Source: a virus (lineage: Duplodnaviria; Caudoviricetes). Taken from it: 45,094 bases of DNA. The notes beneath the pieces are model-generated. The model was not told the DNA's origin. It did no database searches and was given only the letters and a program-made list of their open reading frames with translations. How positions within the stretch are numbered: the stretch's first letter is position 1; the number at the start of each line of letters is the position of its first letter. Below are positions 27,513 to 35,096 of the stretch, piece after piece. A program made the position numbers and the translations under genes. Location: positions 1-45,094 of the IMG/VR virus record IMGVR_UViG_3300049982_000072. One strand, given 5' to 3'.

Positions 27513-27670
27513 GTCACGCAATGGGCGTGCTGTGCGAGACGCACGGGTGGGTGATGGCGCGGGACGACTGCCCCGAGTGCGACGACCGGCAACGGCACGG
27601 CTACACGTTCGCCCCCTGCGATGAGCGATGCCCCGAAAACCTCGGGTACGACACCGGGGTTACCACCTAG
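27509..27670 (+). CDS. Small Cys-rich hypothetical protein
   Basis: CETHG...CPEC; ATGA overlap. Confidence 0.5.
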   Translation: MSHAMGVLCETHGWVMARDDCPECDDRQRHGYTFAPCDERCPENLGYDTGVTT

Positions 27671-27746
27671 ACGCGGCGGGGCGGCGACCCTGCGCACACA
27701 CCCCACGTGTGCGCCCAACCCCTCGGGTTGCCGTCCCGTCGCCCAC

Positions 27747-27810
27747 AAAACGGAACCCCCGCGAATCTCCGGCGATACCACCCTCAGCCGTTGAGAATCG
27801 CGGGGGTTCC
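27747..27810. terminator. Bidirectional terminator between convergent operons
   Basis: GGAACCCCCGCGA...TCGCGGGGGTTCC stem preceded by AAAAC. Confidence 0.7.
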
Positions 27811-27838
27811 TTATCCCCTTGTCACGGGCGCGTCCAGC

Positions 27839-28189
27839 TTAGTCGAGCGTCGGCGCGTTCCCGACCACCGGCGGCGGGTTGTCCTCGTCGGCCGCATACC
27901 AGCACCAGTTGAACCCGCCGACCGCGTAGCGGCCGTCCGCGTCCGGCTCGATCCGTTCCGGCGTGTACCCCTCCGGGTCCTCGTCGCGATAGTGGTGCTC
28001 GGTGTGTAGCAACACGTCGCCATCCCACGTGAACGTGTTGTCTTCCTTGACCCACTCGGCAATGCGCTCGACTTCCGCACGGTCGAACGCCGGTGCGCCC
28101 AACCACCCGTTCCACCGCAACGCCGGGTCGTACGTCGCCCGGAACACTGTGAGTTCGTCAATGCGCACGTTGCCCGTTATGGTGCTCAT
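27839..28189 (-). CDS. Hypothetical protein
   Basis: RWNGW..P.F.R..VE.I and I.PDADG.Y.VGG..WCW motifs. Confidence 0.7.
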   Translation of the reverse strand: MSTITGNVRIDELTVFRATYDPALRWNGWLGAPAFDRAEVERIAEWVKEDNTFTWDGDVLLHTEHHYRDEDPEGYTPERIEPDADGRYAVGGFNWCWYAADEDNPPPVVGNAPTLD

Positions 28190-28491
28190 GCCTTGACCTC
28201 CAACCACGTCTCGCCCTCGGAGACCTTGACCGAGCCCACCGCGCTCGCCGCCGTCCAGTAGTTATCCCGCGCGGCCTTGTCGGCAAACGTGTAGACGCGC
28301 GTTCCCCGGTCGGCACAGTCGAACATCTGCGACACATACAGCTCGTCAGACGCGGTCAGCGCGCAACTCGTGGTGGGTGCGGACGGCTGAGCCGTGGTGC
28401 TCCCGGATGACGACGCGGCCTTGTCGTTCCCCCCACAGCCGCCCACGGTCAGTACGACGGCGGCGGCTAGTACTGCGGTGATCTTCCTCAT
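28186..28491 (-). CDS. Lipoprotein
   Basis: Signal peptide MRKITAVLAAAVVLTVGG|C with a Ser/Thr linker. Confidence 0.78.
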   Translation of the reverse strand: MRKITAVLAAAVVLTVGGCGGNDKAASSSGSTTAQPSAPTTSCALTASDELYVSQMFDCADRGTRVYTFADKAARDNYWTAASAVGSVKVSEGETWLEVKA

Positions 28492-28694
28492 TTTTCCTCG
28501 TCCCCCTCTTGGTGTTGCACTACACGTCGACCGGCGGCCGACATGGATAGAAACGTCCCCCGGATGTACTCCCCCGTTGGCGTGTAGGCGTGCCAGTACA
28601 TCCCCCGCTGACGTACCGACCCGAGCCGCTTGCCGCCGCGATAGACGGCGTACCCGTCACCGGTGGCGGCGTAGCTCAGGCGGTCGTCGTTCAT
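28488..28694 (-). CDS. Hypothetical protein
   Basis: 68 aa; ATGA overlaps. Confidence 0.6.
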   Translation of the reverse strand: MNDDRLSYAATGDGYAVYRGGKRLGSVRQRGMYWHAYTPTGEYIRGTFLSMSAAGRRVVQHQEGDEEK

Positions 28695-29065
28695 GACTTG
28701 GCCGCTCGACGGGTGACGGTGGACACAACGTCAAAGCCGCTAGGAGTAGCGGGTTCGACGGTCCACGCGATGCGCACCGGAATCAATTCGGTGCCGACCC
28801 GGCTCATTGTGTCGCCCAACTCATCAGCGAATCGGGCAACGTAGGCCTCAGCGGCGCGTCTCGTGTACCGGTGGGCCACAATCTCGGTACGGACCGGGTT
28901 CAACAACGCCGCGTTCTGGTGTGCGTACTCGCTCAACGCCGCCTCGATAATGTCGGCGAGCGAATCACCCCTGAGGGCGGCAATCGCCTTGGCGGGCAAG
29001 TAGGGATCGTCAGAGATCCGCACGGATCGCACCGGGGTCACCCCCTTACCCGTTGGCGCGGCCAT
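28691..29065 (-). CDS. Ribbon-helix-helix DNA-binding protein
   Basis: TPVRSVRISDD.Y..AKA.AA.RG.SLADII.AAL..Y N-terminus. Confidence 0.78.
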   Translation of the reverse strand: MAAPTGKGVTPVRSVRISDDPYLPAKAIAALRGDSLADIIEAALSEYAHQNAALLNPVRTEIVAHRYTRRAAEAYVARFADELGDTMSRVGTELIPVRIAWTVEPATPSGFDVVSTVTRRAAKS

Positions 29066-29337
29066 CACCAACCACCCTGTGCGGTCAGCGCGTCGGCAGC
29101 CTCAGCCTCGGTGTCGTACAAGCCCGACACGGGCTCGCCGGACTGGTCCGCGATGTACCACGAACCGAGCCGGGCACTCTCAGCCACGTGGTAGACGGGC
29201 TCAACCGGTACATCTTCGGGGAACGCGGGGTCAACCGGCGGGTGCATGGCGTTGACGGCCTCTTGGGCTTCTGCGTTGTACGGGTTTGCGAGGTCGGTAG
29301 GTGAGAAGCGGTGGGATGCTGGTGTGGTGTCGTTCAT
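29065..29337 (-). CDS. Hypothetical protein
   Basis: Start MNDTTPAS with RBS GAGGGG; first gene of the operon. Confidence 0.65.
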   Translation of the reverse strand: MNDTTPASHRFSPTDLANPYNAEAQEAVNAMHPPVDPAFPEDVPVEPVYHVAESARLGSWYIADQSGEPVSGLYDTEAEAADALTAQGGW

Positions 29338-29368
29338 GGTCTCGTCCCCTCGGTTGGTGATGGGGACC

Positions 29369-29397
29369 AACCTAGCACGAGTTGTAATACAACTCAA
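29369..29397 (-). promoter_or_regulatory. SigA-type promoter with a perfect palindromic operator GAGTTGTA-A-TACAACTC (29379-29395)
   Basis: Minus strand TTGAGT-N17-TAGGTT; the palindrome overlaps the -35 and spacer. Confidence 0.72.
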
Positions 29398-29421
29398 GCC
29401 CGCCGGCACAGGCGAAAGACC

Positions 29422-29670
29422 TCAGTTCAGGTACGGCCAGATGCGCTCTGCAATGTCCTCGTCGGGCTCCTCGGTCAGGTAGTAAACGAGGTCGTCAACA
29501 ACCTCAGAACAACCTCGCCGGTGGCTCGCTACGTCAAGGTAGATCAGCGTCCCCCTGACGTGAGTGCGGATCAGGTGGGGATTGACGGCGCGGCCACGAC
29601 TTGCGTACAGGCTCACAAGGAACGCTGTGCCCGCGTCAATCAGATGCTCGATGCTCGATTCCTTTGCCAT
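29422..29670 (-). CDS. Hypothetical protein
   Basis: 82 aa ORF filling an intergenic gap. Confidence 0.55.
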   Translation of the reverse strand: MAKESSIEHLIDAGTAFLVSLYASRGRAVNPHLIRTHVRGTLIYLDVASHRRGCSEVVDDLVYYLTEEPDEDIAERIWPYLN

Positions 29671-29732
29671 GCTGCCATCGTGACCCGGTGCGTACTACGG
29701 GCACTAGGGGGCCAATTCTGGCCGGGGCATGG

Positions 29733-29777
29733 CGAACCCCCCGGCGGCCGTGAGGAGGTGGCGCGCCGAGGGGTTCG
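29733..29777 (-). terminator. Stem-loop/terminator
   Basis: CGAACCCCCCGG...CCGAGGGGTTCG. Confidence 0.5.
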
Positions 29778-29791
29778 GTTCGGGTCCGGAA

Positions 29792-29995
29792 TCAGCGCCG
29801 GGCGTTGCGCCACTCGTCCGGCAGATGCCCCCCGGCCGACAGCAGGCGGTCAAGCTCAGCGGCCTTTCCCATGGCCGTGAGTGCGGCGTGATCCTTACCC
29901 ATCGTTGATTCCGCGTCCTCGTAGGCCTGCTGTGCCTTGCGGAAGTCGGTCAGCAACTCGTTGGTGTCACCCGGTAGTTGGTCACTCAGATTCAT
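29792..29995 (-). CDS. Hypothetical protein
   Basis: C-terminal LD..LS.GG.LP..W motif; RBS AAGGGGG. Confidence 0.7.
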   Translation of the reverse strand: MNLSDQLPGDTNELLTDFRKAQQAYEDAESTMGKDHAALTAMGKAAELDRLLSAGGHLPDEWRNARR

Positions 29996-30016
29996 CTCGT
30001 CCCCCTTGTGTGCTTG

Positions 30017-30068
30017 AAAAACGGAACCCCCCGGACCCGCCTCACTTCGGGCTACCCGAGGGGTTCCG
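30017..30068 (-). terminator. Intrinsic terminator
   Basis: CGGAACCCCCCGG...CCGAGGGGTTCCG followed by TTTTT on the minus strand. Confidence 0.65.
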
Positions 30069-30150
30069 CCGCCCCGCCGTCAGAAACGGGGCTTTGCCGT
30101 GCCGGGCCGTGTGCAGGAGGCAAACAGGTCCCACGGTCCGGACCGGCCGT

Positions 30151-30378
30151 CTACTTGGGCGTTACGTCCCACATGCGTTCGCCGGGCAGGTCGTCAGGAC
30201 CGTTACCCGATGGGCCAACCGGATCGTTGGTGACCCGCAGTCCGGCGAACCGGCGGGTCATCGCGGCGGCGTACTTTTCGGCCCGTACCGCGTCGGCCTT
30301 GTAGTCGGCAATGACGTGCTCACCGAACCAGACGCGCACACGCCGGTCTGTCGGTACTTGGGCGGTCACGGCGCTCAC
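30151..30378 (-). CDS. Hypothetical protein (RVRVWFGEHVIADY...RRFAGLRVTN)
   Basis: GTG start overlapping the upstream stop; protein-like. Confidence 0.7.
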   Translation of the reverse strand: MSAVTAQVPTDRRVRVWFGEHVIADYKADAVRAEKYAAAMTRRFAGLRVTNDPVGPSGNGPDDLPGERMWDVTPK

Positions 30379-30677
30379 TCGCCCACCCCTGCGCACTCTG
30401 CCACCCCGTGAGTGGCAGATGCGGACACGTGCCACTCAACATCAGGGTCAATCCACTGAACGTGTGCGCCGCCGGGTCCACCCCACCCCCAGTCAGTCAT
30501 GTTCTGTTCTAGCTCCTCCATCGAGGCGTACCACCCCACGGGAGCAGGGCGGCCGGGGCAATGGACCGTCAATCCGGCACCGTTCCACTTGGTGCCCTCA
30601 GCAACGGTCTCCGAGCCAACCCGAACCCAGAACCGCCGAGGCGGCACCTGTAACTCTCCGACCGCTGTGTCTGTCAC
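30375..30677 (-). CDS. Hypothetical protein
   Basis: GTG start with RBS GGAAGGA; first gene under the leftward promoter. Confidence 0.65.
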   Translation of the reverse strand: MTDTAVGELQVPPRRFWVRVGSETVAEGTKWNGAGLTVHCPGRPAPVGWYASMEELEQNMTDWGWGGPGGAHVQWIDPDVEWHVSASATHGVAECAGVGE

Positions 30678-30738
30678 GGTGTGTCCTTCCGGTTGTCCCC
30701 GAGTCTCACCGCCCGTTACTGCGGGTGGTCGAACTACC

Positions 30739-30796
30739 ACCGTATTCAACCTGTAAAGACAGGTCAAGGCGAAACGGCATACCTGTTAAGACAGGT
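30739..30796. promoter_or_regulatory. Divergent promoter region with two ACCTGT-N4-ACAGGT operators (30749-30764, 30781-30796)
   Basis: Leftward TTGACC-N17-TACGGT overlapped by operator 1; operator 2 lies at the -35 region of the GntR promoter (-10 TACCAT at 30817-30822). Confidence 0.8.
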
Positions 30797-30829
30797 GCCC
30801 GGCCCGCGTGCGCCTATACCATGAGGGCC

Positions 30830-31696
30830 ATGTCCCTCACGCTGACACCTGACGTGCTCGACAAGAACATGCCGGGCACTTCCATGGCGAGCCAGCTAGC
30901 CAACCACCTCCGGCAGGCGCTCGCGGACCATGACCTAGAGCCGGGTGCCTTTTTCCCCAGCGAGGAACAGCTATCAAAGGCGGTTGGGCTCAGCCGGCCG
31001 ACCGTGCGTGAGTCGTTGCGGGAGCTTGAGCTAGAGGGCCTGATTGTGCGGCGGATGGGGGCACGGACCCGCGTGGCGATCCCGCCGCCGGTGCGCTACT
31101 ACGACGTTCTGCGGTATGCACGGGCGAGTGAGGCACTGGACCGGGGCGAGACGCCACCGGCGTCGTTTGTGGAGGACTTCGGTGCTGAGGATGAGGACTA
31201 CACCATCGAGCCCCGCGAGATCACCAAAGAACCCGCCTCGCCCCAAGACGCCGAATACCTGCGGGTCCGGCGCGGCACGCCGATTCTCCGGCGGCGGATG
31301 GTGCAGAACCTCAGCGGCGACCCGATCCAAATCCACCGGCAGGCGATGATTCACAAACAGGTCAAGGACAGCGACCTAGCCCTGCGGATCGATCGGGCCG
31401 GGATCCTCGCCGAGCTGTGGGCGGCCGGGATCAGGCCAACGCACTATGCCGAGTGGTGGAAGCCGCGGAACCCCAACCGGACAGAACGTGAACTGCTGGG
31501 GCTCCGCGTCAGCATTTCGTGCTGGGAGGGCGTCCGGGTGTTCTACGTGGCCGACGATCCCGACAGAGACAACACCGACGACCTCACGCCGGTGCAAGTG
31601 TCCAAGATCATCACGCCGGGCAACCGGATGACCCTGCACGTCAGCGGCCGTCTGACACCGCATCCTGCTCCGGGAGCGGAAACATCTGCTGACTAA
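30830..31696 (+). CDS. GntR-family (HutC-type, wHTH plus UTRA-like) repressor, KorSA-like
   Basis: QLA..LR.......L.PG..FPSE.QL....GLSR.TVR.SL..LE.EGLI.RR.G..T.V; C-terminal A..LRV..GTPIL.R.. UTRA-like domain; probably leaderless. Confidence 0.9.
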   Translation: MSLTLTPDVLDKNMPGTSMASQLANHLRQALADHDLEPGAFFPSEEQLSKAVGLSRPTVRESLRELELEGLIVRRMGARTRVAIPPPVRYYDVLRYARASEALDRGETPPASFVEDFGAEDEDYTIEPREITKEPASPQDAEYLRVRRGTPILRRRMVQNLSGDPIQIHRQAMIHKQVKDSDLALRIDRAGILAELWAAGIRPTHYAEWWKPRNPNRTERELLGLRVSISCWEGVRVFYVADDPDRDNTDDLTPVQVSKIITPGNRMTLHVSGRLTPHPAPGAETSAD

Positions 31697-31958
31697 GGCG
31701 GCTGGCCTCACGGGTGTGCGAGCGGGCTTGGTTCACGGCTTCACCGACAATGCCCGCGTTGCGGATGAGCCGATGCAATTCGGACGTGGTGGCGTCGCTC
31801 GGTTCCTTGTTCAACAGGTCTGTGAGATCGGTGTACCAACTGAACAGGTCCGGAAATACATCGCGCAGGTTCCTGGCGGCGGCTCTCACCTCAGCGGCCA
31901 TGTTCGGGGACTGGCGGTCGGCAATACGGGCGGCGTTGTGTGCGGCGTGGCTGTCCAT
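31641..31958 (-). CDS. Hypothetical helical protein, leaderless, convergent with and overlapping the GntR 3' end
   Basis: ATG 6 nt after the TAGGCT -10 box. Confidence 0.65.
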   Translation of the reverse strand: MDSHAAHNAARIADRQSPNMAAEVRAAARNLRDVFPDLFSWYTDLTDLLNKEPSDATTSELHRLIRNAGIVGEAVNQARSHTREASRLSQQMFPLPEQDAVSDGR

Positions 31959-31964
31959 ACCACG

Positions 31965-31993
31965 AGCCTAATACACCTGTCCTGACAGGTCAC
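31965..31993 (-). promoter_or_regulatory. Promoter GTGACC-N17-TAGGCT with operator ACCTGTCCTGACAGGT (31975-31990)
   Basis: Same operator/promoter geometry as at 30739-30767. Confidence 0.75.
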
Positions 31994-32001
31994 GGACAGC
32001 A

Positions 32002-32040
32002 GAAACCCCCGGCGGGGGACGAGCCGCACCGGGGGTTCCG
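32002..32040 (-). terminator. Stem-loop/terminator
   Basis: AACCCCCGG...CCGGGGGTT. Confidence 0.55.
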
Positions 32041-32055
32041 TATGAACTCTAGCTG

Positions 32056-32232
32056 TTATTCGGATTCGAACGTCATAGCCGTCAGGGAATCGGCAACCAC
32101 CCACCGACCGGCGTAGGAAAACCGGGTCGTGCCATCGGACAGGCGTTGCGCCCGGAGCCAGTTACCCCACCACGAAACCCTTCCCTCAACGACGCCGCCG
32201 GGGATGTGTTCGGCCTCGGTGTCGTCGGTCAT
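32056..32232 (-). CDS. Hypothetical protein (58 aa, MTDDTEAEHIPGG...)
   Basis: Hand-translated; ATGA overlap with the upstream gene. Confidence 0.55.
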   Translation of the reverse strand: MTDDTEAEHIPGGVVEGRVSWWGNWLRAQRLSDGTTRFSYAGRWVVADSLTAMTFESE

Positions 32233-32429
32233 TTCGCCGCCCCCGGCAACGGCTTAAGCGGAACGATCAGCACCGCCTGAGTCGGTTGGACCATGTCCCG
32301 TACGAGCGCCTGAGCCTCGTTGGCGTCGCGCCACGTCAGCGGCGGGTCGGCTGCGTAAACCTCGATAGGTTCGTCTGTGCCGTCGTCATCATCCGGCGGC
32401 ATGACCGCCAGTACGTAGCGGTTGGCCAT
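32229..32429 (-). CDS. Hypothetical protein
   Basis: 66 aa; RBS GAGAGG; TAGAAT -10 upstream. Confidence 0.6.
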   Translation of the reverse strand: MANRYVLAVMPPDDDDGTDEPIEVYAADPPLTWRDANEAQALVRDMVQPTQAVLIVPLKPLPGAAK

Positions 32430-32489
32430 GGTCCTGACCTCTCGGTTGAGCCTGTCGGCGTGTCGTTCTGATCACGATTCTAGACCCTG

Positions 32490-32700
32490 ATTTGTGTACC
32501 CATCGCGTACCCATGGCATCGTAGTCTCAGAGTCGAAATGACACGCTGTGACGGTCCCTGGCGGTCTCTGACGCTCAGCCCGTTACTTTGTGCTGGTCAG
32601 AGAGGGGTATCCCACGATGCGGAGCATCTAGACCCATGAGCCCCTGACCTGCCGTTTCTCGGTCACCACAGGCCAAAAGTACCCGAGACATGCCCATCGT
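32490..32700. other. Putative attP
   Basis: Non-coding region next to the integrase; arm-type direct-repeat pairs GTACCCAT (32496, 32507) and GTACCCGA/ATGCCCAT (32679, 32690), each 11 bp apart. Confidence 0.6.
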
Positions 32701-32723
32701 TTGTGCGTAGGGTGCCAGTCAGC

Positions 32724-32739
32724 ACCTGTAAAGACAGGT
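32724..32739. promoter_or_regulatory. Operator ACCTGTAAAGACAGGT upstream of the integrase
   Basis: Identical to the operator at 30749-30764; lies downstream of a TAGGGT -10 at 32708-32713. Confidence 0.8.
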
Positions 32740-32768
32740 TGCACACCGCATCGAGGGGACGAGACCTC

Positions 32769-34070
32769 ATGGCAGTCATCATCACCATGACCGGCAAACC
32801 ACGCACCAACCCGAGGACCGGCAAGCCCGTGCCGCCGGCCAAGTCGTACAAGGTCCGTTGGTACTACCCCGTGCCGGACGGCAAGGCCGAGGAACAGACC
32901 GTCACGTGGAAGAACTACGGCGACGCCAAGATCCTCAAGGGGATCATCGAGGCGAGGGGCGGCCGAGTCCGGAAGACCGATCCCGATGTGCTTGACCACT
33001 CGATCGTCACCGGCCGCGCGACGCGCGAGGACACCAAGCCGTTTGGCCCGACCGTGGCTGAGGTCATTGACGAGCTGATCGCGCAGAAGGTGAAGGACGG
33101 GCGCAAGGCGTCGACGGTCAACACCTACGGGTGCGGCAACCGCGCCGGACTACTGCGAGAGCAGTGGGGAACCGAGTACGTGTCGCAGATTGACGAGGAC
33201 AAGGCGCGGGGGTTGCTCAGCCACATCATCGGCATTGGCATGGACCACCGCGCGCCGGTTCAGTTCGCTAACGCCGTCATGAACTTTGCGGTGCTCAAGC
33301 AGTACGCAACCCTCAACCCGATCAAGCTGCTGACAATGCCCAAGCGGCTGACCTTCCGCCCGCGGTTCCTTGCTCAGGATGAGTTCGAGCTAATGCTGTC
33401 GCTCGTTGACGAGGGTGACGAATTTTGGCTGCTCATGGTCACCGCGTGGGAATCCGGACTGAGGCTTGGTGAGTTGCTGGGGCTAGAGCGCGATGACCTC
33501 ACCATCGTCAACGGCACCGCGTACATCACCGTGAGTCGGACCACGACCGAGGACACCAAGGGAAGCGTGACTACGTGGCTGCCGAAGAACGGTAAGGATC
33601 GGGTGGTGACGATCCCGGTCGACCTGGCCGAACAACTGCTAGCGCCCGGCCGCCATTCACAGCGAATCTTTCCGGCGCTGCGGAACCCCCGGAACTACAG
33701 CCGCAAAAAGGCCGTCAACACCCGCTATAACCGGATCGTGGAGCTTGCGCGGGCTGGGGTGCCGGTGCTCGGTCCGGACGGTACGCCGGTGCTCAACGCG
33801 GACGGTACGCCCAAGGTTCGGCGGCTGACCGGCAAGCCGCCGCGCTTCCATGACTTGCGGCACTCCCACGCATCGAATCAGCTAGCCGAGAGCGTAGACA
33901 TGTACGTCCTCAGCAAGCGGCTTGGACACTCGTCCATTCAGATCACCGTTGACGTGTATGGGCACCTTGGCAAAAAGGCTGAGGATGCTCAGTTGCGAGC
34001 CATCGCCGCGCACCGCGTACCAAGCAAGAGGCTCGGAAATCAGGTGCGGCTAATTTCCGTCGCTGCTTAA
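32769..34070 (+). CDS. int: Tyrosine integrase
   Basis: Catalytic R (GLRLGEL), K (PKNGK), HxxR (FHDLRH), H (LGHS), Y (VYGH); RBS GAGGGG. Confidence 0.95.
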   Translation: MAVIITMTGKPRTNPRTGKPVPPAKSYKVRWYYPVPDGKAEEQTVTWKNYGDAKILKGIIEARGGRVRKTDPDVLDHSIVTGRATREDTKPFGPTVAEVIDELIAQKVKDGRKASTVNTYGCGNRAGLLREQWGTEYVSQIDEDKARGLLSHIIGIGMDHRAPVQFANAVMNFAVLKQYATLNPIKLLTMPKRLTFRPRFLAQDEFELMLSLVDEGDEFWLLMVTAWESGLRLGELLGLERDDLTIVNGTAYITVSRTTTEDTKGSVTTWLPKNGKDRVVTIPVDLAEQLLAPGRHSQRIFPALRNPRNYSRKKAVNTRYNRIVELARAGVPVLGPDGTPVLNADGTPKVRRLTGKPPRFHDLRHSHASNQLAESVDMYVLSKRLGHSSIQITVDVYGHLGKKAEDAQLRAIAAHRVPSKRLGNQVRLISVAA

Positions 34071-34082
34071 TTTCCTATTGTC

Positions 34083-34136
34083 AAGGGCACCTCCCTTCCC
34101 GGTTTCTCATCAATCGGTTGAGGGGGGTGCCTTTTT
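34083..34136 (+). terminator. Intrinsic terminator after the integrase
   Basis: AAGGGCACCTCCCT...AGGGGGGTGCCTTTTT. Confidence 0.7.
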
Positions 34137-34275
34137 GGGTACGGTCTGGTTAGATCTGCAAGCAGTCGCACGGGGGGCGACTGCAACCGTTAGGTCGTTG
34201 GCTGTGCATGGGATCAGGCGAGCCTCATGCACAGCTCACGGCCGCTGACAGCACCGAGAGGGGTAGGAAAGGGCA

Positions 34276-34950
34276 ATGGCTCAAAGGGTCAGAGTTGACA
34301 ACGTGTGCGATGCGCACGACAAGGCAGGCAAGGAAGTAGCAGGAGAAACCGTCATTGTCGGCGTTGACGGCGTCTGGTACGCCATCGAGGCATGCAAGAC
34401 GCACACGACCAAGGACATAAACCCTGTCCGCAAGATGTGTGAGGAGCTAGGCCGACCGATCGAGGGCAGTGCCCGCACCCTGAAATCCTTACTCAAGCTG
34501 GCAAACGAGGGCGTGGGCACCGCATCGGTTCACGCCTTGCCGACCGCGAAATTAGTTCCAGTCGCTCAGCCGGCCGAACCCGCAAAGGTTGCTGCGAGCA
34601 ACGGCAAGGGCGCTGGCAGGGGTAAGGGCGGCGGCAAGGGCGGCAAGGTCAGCGCCAAGCCCCGGCGGCATCACTGCCTAGTGGGTGAGTGCCCGGCGGA
34701 CTTCACCAGTACAACCGGGATGTTGCTGCACATGGGCACCAAGCACGGAATATCCGGGGGTATGGGCGACATTTTCGGGCTCGATTGCCCGTTGTGCGGC
34801 TCGCATGCGGACGGCGGCAAGCTCGGTGTTCACCTGCAACGCCGACACAAGGGCATGACGGTCACCGAGGCCATGACCAAGGCACGCGACAGCGGCGACA
34901 AGCACGGCATTGCCGGACCCGTCTTCGCCAAGCTCGCGGCGGCGGCGTGA
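34276..34950 (+). CDS. Lsr2-like oligomerisation domain fused to two C2H2-type Zn fingers
   Basis: MAQRV.V...D......AGETV..GVDG.WY.IE N-terminus; C-terminal CxxxxC..F......HxxxxH and CPLC...HxxxxH. Confidence 0.75.
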   Translation: MAQRVRVDNVCDAHDKAGKEVAGETVIVGVDGVWYAIEACKTHTTKDINPVRKMCEELGRPIEGSARTLKSLLKLANEGVGTASVHALPTAKLVPVAQPAEPAKVAASNGKGAGRGKGGGKGGKVSAKPRRHHCLVGECPADFTSTTGMLLHMGTKHGISGGMGDIFGLDCPLCGSHADGGKLGVHLQRRHKGMTVTEAMTKARDSGDKHGIAGPVFAKLAAAA

Positions 34951-35096
34951 CCCTCGTAGCCGAACACCCCGACCGGATCCCCTGCCGCTGCGTGGAGGAT
35001 GCCGAGGGCAACCTGATTCCGACCGCTGAGTGTGAGCTGCACTGGCATCAGGTCATTGACGGCGGGGACGCTCCCCCGGCGTGGCTGTTCCCATGA
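34947..35096 (+). CDS. Small hypothetical protein
   Basis: GTGA overlap; CRC...C.LH pattern. Confidence 0.5.
   Translation: MTLVAEHPDRIPCRCVEDAEGNLIPTAECELHWHQVIDGGDAPPAWLFP

Noticed and set aside
30311-30829. N-terminal 173 aa of the 461-aa track ORF
   Set aside because: Overlaps two minus-strand genes and the operator region; the GntR domain begins after ATG 30830
32060-32072. GTTCGAATCC (tRNA T-loop-like) on the minus strand near the integrase
   Set aside because: No T-stem pairing or acceptor stem; lies in the last codons (TFESE) of ORF 32056-32232
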